Below, in pieces: positions 49,401 to 62,812 of a stretch of DNA of 64,000 bases. Made by a program: the position numbers and the translations under genes. Each line of letters starts with the position of its first letter. Within the stretch, counting starts at the first letter, position 1. Under the pieces are notes generated by a model. It saw nothing but the letters and a program-made list of their open reading frames with translations, ran no database searches and had not been told where the DNA came from. Source of the DNA: Octopus bimaculoides (lineage: Eukaryota); NCBI RefSeq assembly GCF_001194135.2, contig NC_068984.1:46547731-46611730 (forward strand), written 5' to 3'.

Positions 49401-52400
49401 CATAACTACATATTCAGAGCTAAAATTTCACTCCGTGTCCCTATATTTGAAAGCATTATTATTTTTAATAGTAGTAGTATTCGTAGGAAGAGGAGGATGA
49501 GAAGGAAGTGAAGGAGAAGTAGCTGTAGTATTTCCAATAAAAGAAACCATTATTATTAACTATATGATTATAGTTATTAATAATAAAAATTTTACCATTT
49601 TATTTGCTCTTGTTACTACTATAGCTTCTATTTTTACTGCTATTTTACTGCTACTATTTTTACTACTAATTTTTTGGTTAATTTTACAGCTAGTATTTCC
49701 GCAGATAGTATTTGCCATGACAATACTGTCTCTCGACAGAACAATACCTTCCATTATATCCACAGTTGAAACGACTGTAGAGTGTGATGTGAAGGTTATT
49801 CGGATGCTATTTCTAGTTACTAGAATGGCCCGTAAATTTTTTCTCATTAAAACTTGATGCAAGCCGACATTCCAATTGCATTTTAATGCTTTTTTTTTTT
49901 ACCTCACTTGAATTACGAAAAGCCTATTTATTATTTTTAACTTCCTTCTCTATCCATCTAATAATGGGAAGGTCTCTAAAATCAATATATCTGCAGGTTT
50001 AAGCCATTTAAACCACCGTTGTCTGTTAATAACAGATAACCAGACGACTTATCTGCCATAATGTTAATCGCAATCGTATATTCGCATACCCTGTGATAAA
50101 AGGCATTTTTCTTTAGTATAAACTTCTAATATAATATAATCCATGACACAATATCTTAGACAGCTTATTGACTGAGAGATCAATAAATTTTTCATCAATC
50201 TATTACTTCATAAACAAGAGTACGTAATTTTCAATAAATTCAATCTAACGAAAAATAAATCATAACAGATTTAAAAAAAACAAAAACATGTTGAAGTTAT
50301 AATCAATCCAGTGAAGTTAAGATCATGCATTCGTTCATTGCATTACACATAAGGAAAAGTATGTATGCTTACAGTGACACACACATATTGACAAACGCGC
50401 GCGCACACACACACATACACACACCCACGCTGAGCCTAACATATGTTCAAACATAAGATAGCACACATAAATATACAGAGACATAACACTAATAAGACAG
50501 AGAGGATATGTAGTTTTTACATCATCAAAAAGAAGGAATTTTTTAAGGTCATTCCTTAACCTTAAAGTCATATCGGAGATATTTTCATTTTATTTGCAAT
50601 TTCATATTCACTTTTTTTCCTTTTTTTACATTTCTGTTTCTCTAAATATTTGGTTGAATTTAATTATTATCAATGTATTCTTGACACTTGATCCGTTCAA
50701 TGTGTATTTGATGCGTTCTGGAGTTTGGTCACAACAAGTTGAAACTGTATGACACCATAAATATTTCCCTTTGAAAGTCAGCTTATAAAGGGTTGAAGCA
50801 AAGAAAAGTATGTTCATAGATTTAATTTTAACTTTCATGATGACATAGATGATAGAAAAAAGCCGAAGCGTAACAACAAATATACTAAAAACCAGCACAC
50901 TACAAAATCTTTAAAAGGGAAATTATTGACATTTATGGAGAGAACGTATTGTTTCTGAGAATACTTATGGTGACAAGTTTAGCAAAACAACAACAGCAAC
51001 AAAAGTGTTTCATTTATGTTGTTGGAGCAGAGACAAGCCTGCATTCGCAAGAACATAGCACAATGGCATGCCAAAACAACTCTGCATTTTTCAATGATAA
51101 TAATTTATATGAAAGTCCACCCTCTTTAATTTTCAAAACATACTTGTAACAAACATATTCTTATAAGATTCAATGAGAGTGAAATAAAGCAATGCAATAT
51201 TACGTTACAGACGCGTTTTATTCTTTTACCTATTTTTGTCATGCACATGCAGAAAAGATGGAGCACCCTCAAGAGTTAAATCCAGTTAAACTTAATTAAT
51301 TTAAATAGTAGTCTTTAAACAATGATTCCTTATAAGGCCACCCTCTGAGTACTTTAAAACCGAAAAATGAGCAGCTCTGCTATCTCCTTCAACAGCGTTG
51401 CAATGGTGAAATCTTCATTCCTTTGAATGAAAAGTTGTGAATGTATTGTATGAAACCATTGGTATCGTATTAACTGCACGCTGCTATCATACACACATAC
51501 ACGTAATTGTAGTAATATTAGTAGTAGGCAACAATGTTGCAGCATGTACCTGTATTCATATATGACCTCCAACTTAGACTTACTTGTGACAATATGTACA
51601 TAGACAAAACAAAATTACATTTTGTTCTCCTTCTATCTACAATCAACGAAGTGAAAATGTCCAAAACGTTTCTGCAGTCAACAACACCGCCAAACGTTAC
51701 TTAACTTACCGATTCAAAAATATGGCTCTTGATAGGACAATAATCTATAATGATTAAGATTCGAGACACCTCTGTGAATTATGGCAATGTGTAGCTTGTC
51801 TTCGAAAATTTGTGCGCAAAAATCTATATGGCAGATATTCACTTTCAATTATATTCACTCATGCGTTGCAATAATGTTTCTTATATATTATTTCTTATAT
51901 AGTCCATACCAGATTATAACTGCTACCTTCTAAAAAATCAACTATGTTTTACATATTGCTTTTACTACACTCAACTATAAAATAATGGTGGTTTTCGTAC
52001 GTGGTAACTTAAGTCGCGAAAGAAAGTGGAACGCTCCATAAAGTGAATTTGAACTCATACTCCGTCGGCAGATACATCCTGTACTTAATAGATGGCTATT
52101 GCTCACGCAAACATACAAATGCACTCAAACAATGAACTTACTTTTTCTTGGTGTGTGCTGTTATAAAATTTGACAGAATACATTAAAAACACAGCATGTT
52201 TTGGGAGAATAAAACTTTAAAGATATCAAAACAATGAAGGAAAAAATACTACGATTGCCTATAAATGTACATCCAAAGAAGTTATTTTCTGCGATTACAT
52301 ACAAAAGTAATTTGAGAACATAATAAAAAAGTAATTGAAAAATAAAAGAAAGTTGAACACTACTAAGCCGTGATGCATTACATGAAACGCAGCACTATAA

Positions 52401-52584
52401 AAATTAATTGCTATTTCCTTAAACATAATTTGTTGACATCAAATACATGCGCTCCTTTAGAGAGTAACTTACGTCAAAATATCACTTCCACAGAATAGAG
52501 ATTTATTTTATTTCCTATGTGAGAATCATTTTCTCTCGAAGTTTATGTGCACTCTCTTCCTCCTGAAGAACAGTTTAAATATGA

Positions 52585-52660
52585 CTCATTTGCCTTTTCT
52601 TTCTTTCTTTTTTCTTTCTTTCTTTCTTTCTGTCTTTCTTTCATTCTTTCTTTCTTTCAT

Positions 52661-52711
<51 letters not shown>

Positions 52712-52730
52712 CTCACTCCCTCTCTCTCTC
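52585..52730 (+). repeat. (TTTC)n / (CT)n polypyrimidine tract
   Basis: Read directly. Confidence 0.95.
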
Positions 52731-53759
52731 GTCCTGTTTTTTTTTTCTTCTCTTCCCTATAAGTCTCCTCTCTTCCCTCTCCCACACAGCCTCACTTCTT
52801 TTTCACTTCTCAATTTTGCAGTCATTCTGTCCTGATATCGCTACAGAATCGTCCTACTGATTATATATTCATTGCAAGCAGGGATTATTCCCATAGTCGA
52901 ATAAAATATCTGCCTATTGTCAGACGCCTTCCAACAATTAGATTGTTATTACACAGTAGCTAATACAAACAATTTTCTTGAGTTCTAATTACAGAACCGA
53001 AGAAGACTAGCAAATATCATGAAGTTTCTAGTTGTTTTGGAGACTATCTTGCCTATTAAAGTTTTCTATGTATGTATCAAAAATAGCTGTAAGAAAGTCA
53101 ATATAGCAATGGTTAGTAATATGAAGTACCGACATATACCATTTCAGATTGAGTGAATAGTTTATTCAATACTCCAATGTTCAAAATAATCATTTATATT
53201 ATAGTACTATACATAAGTATTATGTTTATCGTTTATCATATATTATTTATTCAAGTATATTTTTCATCAAGGAAGCACTTTCAGTCCCATCGGACATGAC
53301 AAAACCAAACAAAGGTCACTAAGATCGATATTTTCATCTTGATTCTACACGGATATCTCATATCATAGAATCTGTTAATGGTATAACGTGATAAATACAC
53401 TCTTATATATATTCAATGACATACTTTTAACTGGGGGATATCATTTGATTGGTATATGACAAGGTGAGATAATCAACGGTTTACTCAAACGCATCGACCC
53501 TAATATTAATTCAGCATTGAAATTATTTTGTCAGTCAATAATTATCCAATGTCTGAGTTACGTTCTTGAGGCAACAATTGGCAAATAAATATCGAGACAA
53601 CTGCAGAGCTTACTTGAAGTTAAATTAAGGAGGTAAAATTCTTTAAATTTCAAGTGTCATAAGACGAGATTTCAAAAAGATTCCACGACCAGACTCATTT
53701 TCCCAGCGAGAAATAAATTAAGAAGAATCAACAAAACCATTTATAATAAAATATATGAT

Positions 53760-53900
53760 AATTCTTTCTACTATAGTCACAAGGCCTGGAAGGGAGCTAG
53801 TCAATTATATTGACCCCAGTGATCAACTCACAGTTATTTAATCGACTCTGAAAAGATCGATTTTAGTGGATTTTGAACTCGGAACATAAAGAGGGACGAT
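53760..53900 (-). mobile_element. SINE family A, diverged
   Basis: TTCTTTCTACTATAGTCACAAGGCCTG...TTGACCCCAGTG...GGATTTTGAACTCGGAAC. Confidence 0.75.
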
Positions 53901-55270
53901 TTTGCTTGGTCATCGCCTTACAAAAACACAAATATGATAATATGTAGGGAACAATGTTAGCGATGAGCACTTTGGAATCAGAAATCTAGGTTTATATATC
54001 ACAAAAGATAAACAGCGATGCCGAAATATCTAATATGATTATAGTTCACTGCGGGATTTATTACTAAGTATTTGTTACCAAGAACCCTAAATTTTGCGTA
54101 CCTATATATGGCAATTACATATAATCATATATAGCAGGAGCCGATGGTCTTCTACGATGAGAGTATTTGAAAGAAAATTGTAAAGCAGATTTTCTTTATG
54201 TAAACACGAGAGTCATAAACAGGGCACAAATTGGAAGCAGTTTTTGATTTATGTAACTTAAACGTCATAAAAATTTGTGCAATATCAACAGTAAAAAATG
54301 GTATGGATGATACTCAGTTCAGCTCCGCGATTATGATAGGGAATGAGACAGCTATGTTCAGGGAATGCATCATTAAATTCTGCAAAGGATCTGTTTATAG
54401 GAAAGCAGTATTTAGTGAAAAGTTCAAGTAATTAATTTGGCCTAATGAGACAACATTGTGAGAATGCTTTCTCAACGTACACTCTCCCAAATCTATCTCT
54501 GTATCAAACTTGCAATGCTTAAATTAACTAAACTTCAGCATTCGAAAATACATACAACTCTGAAACGTTTCTACAAGTCAACTTGTAACTTTTCAAACAT
54601 GTATCACATATAACAACTCATTTTTCTCCCGCTTACATATGGAAATACTTTCTCTGTCTGTCTGCCTGTCTCTGTCTATCTGTCGGTCTGTTTCTCTGTC
54701 TCTCTCTCCCTCTCCTTGTCCCTCTAAATATTCTGCAATGAAATACGAATACTTAACAGCAGAGAATTATATACTAAGATTACCTGCACTACATTAACTT
54801 CGACTTCATGCATATCAACTAGGCAGACTGGTGTTATTATCGAATAATCATTACTGAGCTTAAAAACAACTTTGCTACTAGAAACAGTATACTTCCACAA
54901 AGTACCGTCTTAATAAAACTTGAAAATGTTAATACAAATTTAAGATTAGATCAGTTGCATCTAGCATAGGCCTTTACTCAAAATTCCCTACCTCTTCCCA
55001 CAAATTTTAAAGACTATTCTGTAAGACATCTCTGGATACGTCAACTGCTCTAATAACAGAATTCTAAATCTTTTGTAACAAGACACATTCACCTTGTGGT
55101 ATTTCTTTCCACCTACACTACTCGTTCAACAGCTCGACATCTGCTCTCCAATCAGTCTAACTACTGACAGATTGCAGCATCTACGGTCAGTAATAATTTT
55201 CCTGTCTGTCACGTACACCAATAGGTCTTCTCTTTTATTGTGGACAACGGATACTTTCAAGCATCATATA

Positions 55271-55271
<1 letters not shown>

Positions 55272-55321
<50 letters not shown>

Positions 55322-55329
55322 ACACACGC

Positions 55330-55361
<32 letters not shown>

Positions 55362-55390
55362 GCACGCAAACAAATATACGCACACATTTA
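55272..55390 (+). repeat. (CA)n microsatellite
   Basis: Read directly. Confidence 0.97.
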
Positions 55391-57061
55391 CACAGCCACA
55401 AACAAGTTCTACCAGTGAGATCTGGTATCCTGTGGATGCACTGGTCATTTAATTATATCGAACGGCTGATGCTCCGGGAGTTCACCAACTGATAATCTTG
55501 TTCTTCTAGTAAACTAGATATATGTACCTGACATACACATCTTCACATATCCTTGGTAAGATTAAATTCAGTACTGAATTTATATTCTGACACTGCTCTG
55601 ATTCTAATCCAGAAAAACTGATAAGATAAAGATTAACAATAGGGTCCACAGGAAAATCGCCTACTCAGTTTCGTCCACCATTAGAAATTAGCTCTTACTA
55701 GCATGCTAAGACCATGACATGTAGATGACTACCCTACATATTACTAACAGATACAGAGAGACAGAAGATCGAATCACAAGTGCCCCACTGTTCCAAAGAA
55801 TGTTGGTAGTTAGTGGAACACTATTTCCTCTGTCAGCTGTCACCAAAAGTTCAACTTCAAGAAATTCAGCAAATCACTCAAATCTCCTTTATGAGTTTTT
55901 CAAACTTTGGAATATGAGTATAACCACTGCTATCCTCTAAGTTAACTTTAGAAAAGAAGATGGATATACATTCAAGGTATTCCTTGCAAAAATGCCTTCT
56001 GCAGAAATGGCTCCCCGCTTCGATATTTTTGCGCTTTGGTAGAAGTTCAACGCGCCTCATAATAATAATAAAAAACATATGAAAGTACTGTAAACAAGAC
56101 AAGCCTTTATTAAACCTGTATCGTGAGAAATTCTGACCGAAATTTCACAAACCTGCTATTAAATAATGTCATCTTAAGACGACGTTATTAAGAGAAATAC
56201 AAATCAAATGAAGACCTTTGCTTTATCTTGTTAAACTAGCTGCGCGACACAACACACTTTTTAACTTCGTTTTCTGCTTGAACACACATAAGATATCTTA
56301 TGGAGCATGATTTTCAGCCCCAATTTCCACAAATGAGCAACGAAGTTTAGTTCAAACATTTTAATCTATAAACTTACACCTATAATCTATAATCTATAAT
56401 TTACACCTTCTTGTATATTTCCGGGTTATACTTACACATTGAAAAGAGAATTGCTTACCTGAAATCTGTGACATACTAAATAAAAAAATTAAAAAAAAAC
56501 TTTGGTCTATCTTCCTGTTTATATTTAATCTCCCAAGTAGTTTGCAATGCTTTTTGAAATTGTTTTTCATAATTCATTTACGCTTCATAAACTACCACAC
56601 ACTAACATATGCGGAATCATTTTTACATATGGAATCCTTTATAATATTGGAACCGTAGGACGTCTTCTTTTCATAAAATATATTGAAAGTAAAATATATA
56701 TTGAGAGTAAAATATAATTAACCACATAGTTTCTCTCACTTTCACAAGGATCAAAAACATAATTAAATTCACTATGGTAAAAACTGCTGTGACGTTTATA
56801 GCTTTCTGAATGTTATTAATGGGAGAATCGCACTGAAATGGCACCAACTAGGAAATCCAACCTCCCTGCAGATTTTACGAGCTGATATCCCTCCTGCTGT
56901 ACTACGATACAGATACTGAAATATTTGGATCAATGTTGCCGCACCAGGTTATCACTCTAGTGACACGTATTTTATCTATTAATGTATTACTGTTGGATGA
57001 AACACTATTATATAGTGGCACAACCTACTGTGCTAGAAATAATCGATCTCTTACAATTACG

Positions 57062-57107
<46 letters not shown>

Positions 57108-57333
57108 TATTATAAGATTCAGAAAGATTCAGAAATATTATCTGCAATCTCAGGGGATTAAGGTACATTCTAAAAAATAACGTCGACCACTAACGTGGAC
57201 AATTAATGCGCTAGAAATAGATCACATCTTGTGTCTATTAAGACCTAAAAAGTTCTCAACATGAAATATAGCAGCATACCAAAAACGTGAGCGGGCAAGA
57301 CATTTAAAATCACCTAAAAAAATCATTATTAAA

Positions 57334-57392
57334 CAGGAACCAGGTTTCGGATTTAACAAATTCTTACCATTTGTCTATTCCTCATCAGCCTG
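57334..57392 (-). ncRNA. Type I hammerhead ribozyme motif, canonical core
   Basis: CAGG-CTGATGA-GGAATAGACAAAT-GGTAAGA-ATTTGTTAAATCC-GAAA-CCTGG-TT-CCTG: stem I CAGG/CCTG, stem II 11/13 pairs closed by G-C, stem III ACCTGGT, GUU triplet. Confidence 0.8.
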
Positions 57393-57492
57393 ATTTGTAA
57401 TGTAACAGCAATTATCAGAACCATATGCACGCGCACCCATGGCGGTGGGCAACTATGTATACGATTCTGATAATTGCTGTTACATTACAAAT

Positions 57493-57551
57493 CAGGCTGA
57501 TGAGGAATAGACAAATGGTAAGAATTTGTTAAATCTGAAACCTGGTTCCTG
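57493..57551 (+). ncRNA. Type I hammerhead ribozyme motif (stem II closing pair G-U)
   Basis: Same as the minus-strand copy except C>T at 57536, which turns the G-C pair closing stem II into G-U. Confidence 0.75.
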
Positions 57552-57966
57552 TTTAATAATGATTTTTTAGGTGATTTTAAATGTCTTGCCCGCTCACGTT
57601 TTTGGTATGCTGCTATATTTCATGTTGAGAACTTTTTAGGTCTTAATAGACACAATATGTGATCTATTTTTAGCGCATTAATTGTCCACGTTATTTTTTA
57701 TCTATCTATCTATGTATGTATGTGTGTGCGTGTGTGTGTGTGTATATACATACATCTATCTGTCTGTCTATCTATCTACCTATGGACTAAGGTCACAATT
57801 TTTTTTGCTTCATTTATTCTTTTTGCAGTACCAAGGTCTCTCAAACTACTATACAAATCAATATATGGTAATGTTATAGATTATTGATTATCCTTCGAAT
57901 GTTTCAAAGATATCTATTTTAATCTTTTAATATCACATTCGTTTAATCCATTATATATAACCTGTT

Positions 57967-58190
57967 AGGGCGGCGAGCTGGCAGAATCGTTAGCACGCTG
58001 AACGAACTGCTTAGCGGTATTTCGTCTGTCGTTACGTTCTGAGTTCAAATTCTGCCGAGTTCGACTTTGCCTTTCATCCTTTCGGGGTCGATTAAATAAG
58101 TACTAGTTACGCACTGGGGTCGATGTAATCTCTTTGTTTGTCTTTGTTTGTCCCCTCTATGTTTAGCCCCTGTGGGCAATAATGAAATAA
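57967..58190 (+). mobile_element. SINE family A head and core with an alternative 3' tail; 17-bp TSD
   Basis: AGGGCGGCGAGCTGGCAGAATCGTTAGCACG...GAGTTCAAATTC...GTTTGTCCCCTCTATGTTTAGCCCCTGTGGGCAATAATGAAATA; TSD ATTATATATAACCTGTT at 57950-57966 and 58191-58207. Confidence 0.96.
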
Positions 58191-60734
58191 ATTATATATA
58201 ACCTGTTGCTTTTACTCTCCTATGAGGATGCATCTACACGCAAACTAAAAAAAAGTAGGAAAAAAAGACAAAAATATACCAAAACATATATCCAGTACCA
58301 CATAACTGTTGGAAATACCATGGTTAATGAAGATGTTTTTCTTTTTGCTAGACTGTCTATTTTCTACCTCAATCTTCATTCATTACTAATGTATAGATCT
58401 TTGAACAGCGGTGGAAGTTGAGAAACTACTGTGGGTTGTTTTCCATTTTATACCTCATGTAATAAATCATTAGGTAAAACAAAGGAGTGAGTTTTCTGCA
58501 GAAAACTGAAATATATTTTAAATATTCTACTGTAGATTTCTATTATTCCAGATTCTGTATTTAAGAGAAGTGGTAGAAACACTTGAATGATGGTCTGAAT
58601 GAATTGAAGTATTTATGTCCCATTACTTTCTGGGTTTAACAAATCTCAACAAAGCTGAGATTCTTTCTACATCAATAAATTAGGTATCACTTGGTTTCTT
58701 AAGTCAACACCAATAGTTCTAATAATGGCCATCATGTATCCATTTGGCTGTAATACATCCTGTATAACATCATCCAATGATCTTTCCTCCTTTAAAACAG
58801 TACGATATAATTTTAGGTATATTTGTGTGCTATTCATAGGTGCTCCCTAGCCCAATAAGTACCATTTACGTACTACAATTGAGGCAGCAATATGATAAGT
58901 ACTTATACTCATATAAATCAATATATTACGTACTGAAGAGTCAGGGTCCGTAAATAAGAAATATGCTGCAAAACAGCTGAAACTGCTACAGAATTTCCGT
59001 TGATATTTGTATCCAATTCATATCATTTACACACCTAAATATTTGTAAAAATTACATGGAATTTACAAGGCATCTACAGTGACTTTCTGGTCATTAAAAT
59101 AAACTGTAAACACAGAGAATGAGTATGTTAAAGGGACCCAAATTCCTTTGCACTACTAATTGCGTTACTACAGGTATGAACTTGGCATAAACTGTAGATC
59201 ATTAGGCTCATTAATATTTTACATGCTTCACCAATTTGCATGGATGGATCTCCAGAGATTATTTACTAATTTCAAGGAATCTGGTGCTGAAGATTTATAT
59301 ATCTATTTTACATAAATTCCAGCGAACGAGAGAATAATTTCCTTGGACTTATAACCCGAAATGTTTTTAAGAACATAAAAATCCAAGCCAGCGAAACATT
59401 CGTATTTATTGTATAAGGACTCCCTGAAGCGGCAAATTATCTCATATATTGTAGCTGTCTAAAGATAGGGCAATTCGTCACTGAAATAGTTTGGTTACAG
59501 AAAATGTATAATCCCAGCAGTAAAGTTTGAATTGCTGTTATATACTGGAAATGTTATCAAGATAATTTGCATTAGTCATTACATAAACAATATATTACAT
59601 GGAACGGGAAAAGTGCACTGGGTAATTTCTAAAGAAGTAAACTAATACTTACAATAGTTGTAGAGTTGAGTGTGGTTTTTAATTCATTTATTTTGTCTTG
59701 TTCCGTTAACTTTACCTCTTTCTGTGGAAAGTTAAGTGGATGTTCATCTCAGATTTGACTTGACTTAGATTTGTTGGGGCATCTAAAACGAACCAAAAAT
59801 GGCGGAGTTTATACGGGGTATCGCTATTTGTGAGATCGTACGTGAAACAGTTGAACACTACCTACTTTTACACACGTGCCTGGTGCTTGAATAATTGAAA
59901 CAATGCCACTCTAAATAATATATTTATATATAGGGCAATTTCAACTAAATATTTCAATTTCTTCCATGGCTTATAATTGGCAAATGATCAAACATCACAG
60001 TACATGTTTACACCAAAATAAACCAGACAATTTGAGAGTGAAAACTTTTGGATTTGGATAATATTCAGGCCAAGAATCATTCGCTTAGTAATACGAGATA
60101 TAAACTCCTATAAAAGTTCCGCACTTCTAATAGTTATTTTTTATGAATAAGAAATTGACAACTATCCTATGGCTGGAAGTTTATTAACTGTAACCATTAC
60201 ACGTTTTACACATGACGAAAAATGTTGCTCGCTCAAAAGAACAGCCAACGTGGAGCCGAAAGTAATAAGCATCGTAGAGCTATAAGCAACAATAGCATAG
60301 TAAATGATGTGCAGTACGGGTCACAATGTAAATGATGTACAATAACATATGGGTCACAATCTCGTTGTCGAATATATCCTTCATTTCAAACAATTTTAAA
60401 TGCAATATAGTTTCCTTTGCACCAATATTTCCCTATATTTTACACTAAGAGGAAAAGTCTCAATGTTACGTTTATTCTGTTTCAAAATAAATTGAACCCT
60501 GTATTGGCATCTCTCGTGTAGACATTTCTCACATGTTGATACTGATTTCATTTTTTAAACAGAAAATGGCTGCAGATAATGCAAGTCTCTTCCTTTATAT
60601 GTCGGATGCAATACCATACATAATTAGCGTTCCGTATGTGGCTATTACACATAATACCAAATCTTGAAGTAAGACAAAATGATTCTCTCACCTCAGATTA
60701 ATATGTATTCATTTATCAATATTTTGTAATTGAT

Positions 60735-60935
60735 GTAAGGCGGCCGAAGTCGTTAGCACGCAGGCAGAATGCTTATCAGTATGTTGTCCATTCGGAGTAC
60801 AAATATTGCCGAGGGCTACTTTATCTTTCATCCCTTTCGGGGTAGATAAGGTAAGTGCCAGTTGAGCATTGGGTTCGATGTAATCGACTAACGCCCTCCC
60901 CAGAAATTACTGGCCCTGTGCCAAAATTTGAAATC
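60735..60935 (+). mobile_element. SINE family A
   Basis: TAAGGCGGCCGAAGTCGTTAGCACGC...TTTCATCCCTTTCGGGGTAGATAA...AAATTACTGGCCCTGTGCCAAAATTTGAAA. Confidence 0.85.
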
Positions 60936-62666
60936 AATATTTTTTCACTAAAGGGGCCGAAGAACAAGCATGACAACAAAGGTTGTGGGATTTGAATCTG
61001 AGAACACAGCGAATCAGATCTAACTACTGTGAGTTTTGGGGGGATTGTCCAAAGGGTTCCGATACCACACAGCAACTTCCCATCACTACACCCAGCATAA
61101 CATCAGATAATGCAGGAAAATGATGAAAAAATCATAATTCAGTTTTCACCAGAAATATGAGAAATGCATTCAGAATATATAATTTTGAAAAGTGAAGAAG
61201 GAAACGAAATATGGTCGAATAAAGAACAGATATTGAGAAGAAGCAGTGTGAAACATTCGATTTTGAAATCTTTTCGTTCAATCTTCCAATTTTCTTTTTC
61301 TTTTTTCGCATCTCAATATTTCACTGTTTGTTCAGATTTTGTGTAGAATTTTTCAGCAATATCTGCGAAATTACATCAAATCTGAAGCTTGAAAAATTCA
61401 CAAAAGCACAAGTACATTTACACCATTTGAAATATTCAGAATGACAGACACACGTAAACTTACGTATAAATATATACAGAGAAAGAAAGAAAGTAAGAAC
61501 GAAAGAAAGAACGAAAGAAAGAAAGAGCGAGAGAATGACAGATATGAAGATAGATAGATGGAGAGAGACGGGGGGGAGATACTGTGAGGAAGAACGCCAC
61601 ATGAATAACTGTGTACAAAAATGTTGTGGGCATAATGAAGAGAATTTCAATGTAAAAGACTATATGGGTGTGTGTGCATGTATGTATGTGTGGTATGAAT
61701 GTATTTATGAATGTGTGTATGAATATGTGTATGAATGTATGTATGTAAGTATAGGCATATAACTATGTACATGCTTATGTATGTATTTCTCCAGAATAAT
61801 CTGGCACAACGCGGTGCAAAGGCGACAACGCTCAACAGAATATACACACTCACGTGTGCATACACACATATAGACACATGCATAAGTTCTAACATATATA
61901 AGCACACATACCTGATTACATGTACTTGTATACATTCAAGTAAACATACGACAGCGTCATATCCATGTAGAAAAACCGATGGCACATACATATGTAATCA
62001 CAAATCACAAACAATCTTTATGAAATTTAAGGTTCCAGTCAGGTTGGAGAAGGTATTACAAGAATAATATCAGATTTAATTAAATGCTATGTTTAGCTTA
62101 AAATCGTGTGTATTTTTTCTGTTTTTATATATATACATATATATATATTTATTTTACTCGATGTGAAAATCAAAACATTGATATTTAAGAATAATGGTGT
62201 AAAATGCTTGTAAAGTTTACGGCAAGTTTTTCTTTCCTTTTTCTTACACGTGCAAATATGTCCATTTGAAAACCTCGTGCGTGCGCGGGCGTAACACACA
62301 TACACACACACACACACATGCACACACATACAGATAGTAGATGCAAGCACATGCACATTTACATAGACTCTATATTCATCAGTTTGTTCATATTTTTATG
62401 TACATGGATAAGCATACTGTATTTCTTTATCTCCTCCCCCTGTCAGTAAATGTATGAGTAAACCCATGCATGGATACAGATAAATGCATATAGAAAGCTA
62501 TCTGCGTATCTATTAATCCAATTCACTCACTCTCTCCTTCTCTCTAATTGTATCTATACGCCCACACACTCTCTTTCTCTAATTGTATCTATACGCATAT
62601 ATACACACGCACACACTCACTCTCTCTCTCTCTCACACACATACACAAAGCGTTATTTATTTAACC

Positions 62667-62812
62667 GTGGATTGAGGTAAGGACTTTGCTTCCCAACCAA
62701 AGGGTTCTGGGTTCATTCCTCTTACGTTGCACCAAGTTTTAGTATTTTCTACTATAACCCTGGGTCTCCGAAAGCCTTGTGTGTGATTTTTTCAGGCGGA
62801 AACAGAAAGTAT
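62667..62812 (+). mobile_element. SINE family B, 5' part, diverged
   Basis: GTGGATTGAGGTAAGGACTTTGCTTCCCAACC...GGGTTCATTCC...TTCTACTATAACCCTGGG..CCGAAAGCCTTGTG. Confidence 0.75.

Larger units (their letters stand above)
57171..57700. mobile_element. Fold-back (inverted duplication), probably an inverted Penelope-type pLTR pair
   Basis: Arms 57171-57420 and 57465-57700 differ by ~3 substitutions, a 1-bp indel and a 13-bp insertion near the left end; 44-bp spacer; each arm holds a hammerhead motif. Confidence 0.9.
53520..60700 (-). pseudogene. Candidate decayed multi-exon host gene (helical/HEAT-like composition), unidentified
   Basis: Several protein-like minus-strand segments broken by stops and frameshifts, some ending at GTAAG/GTAAT donors; see findings. 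Confidence 0.3.

Noticed and set aside
49560-49862. Overlapping ~100-aa ORFs on both strands
   Set aside because: Degenerate trinucleotide low-complexity sequence.
56453-56490. Putative 17-nt micro-exon on the minus strand (TTTAG|...|GTAAGC)
   Set aside because: Splice-like motifs alone are common; kept only as weak support for the decayed-gene hypothesis.
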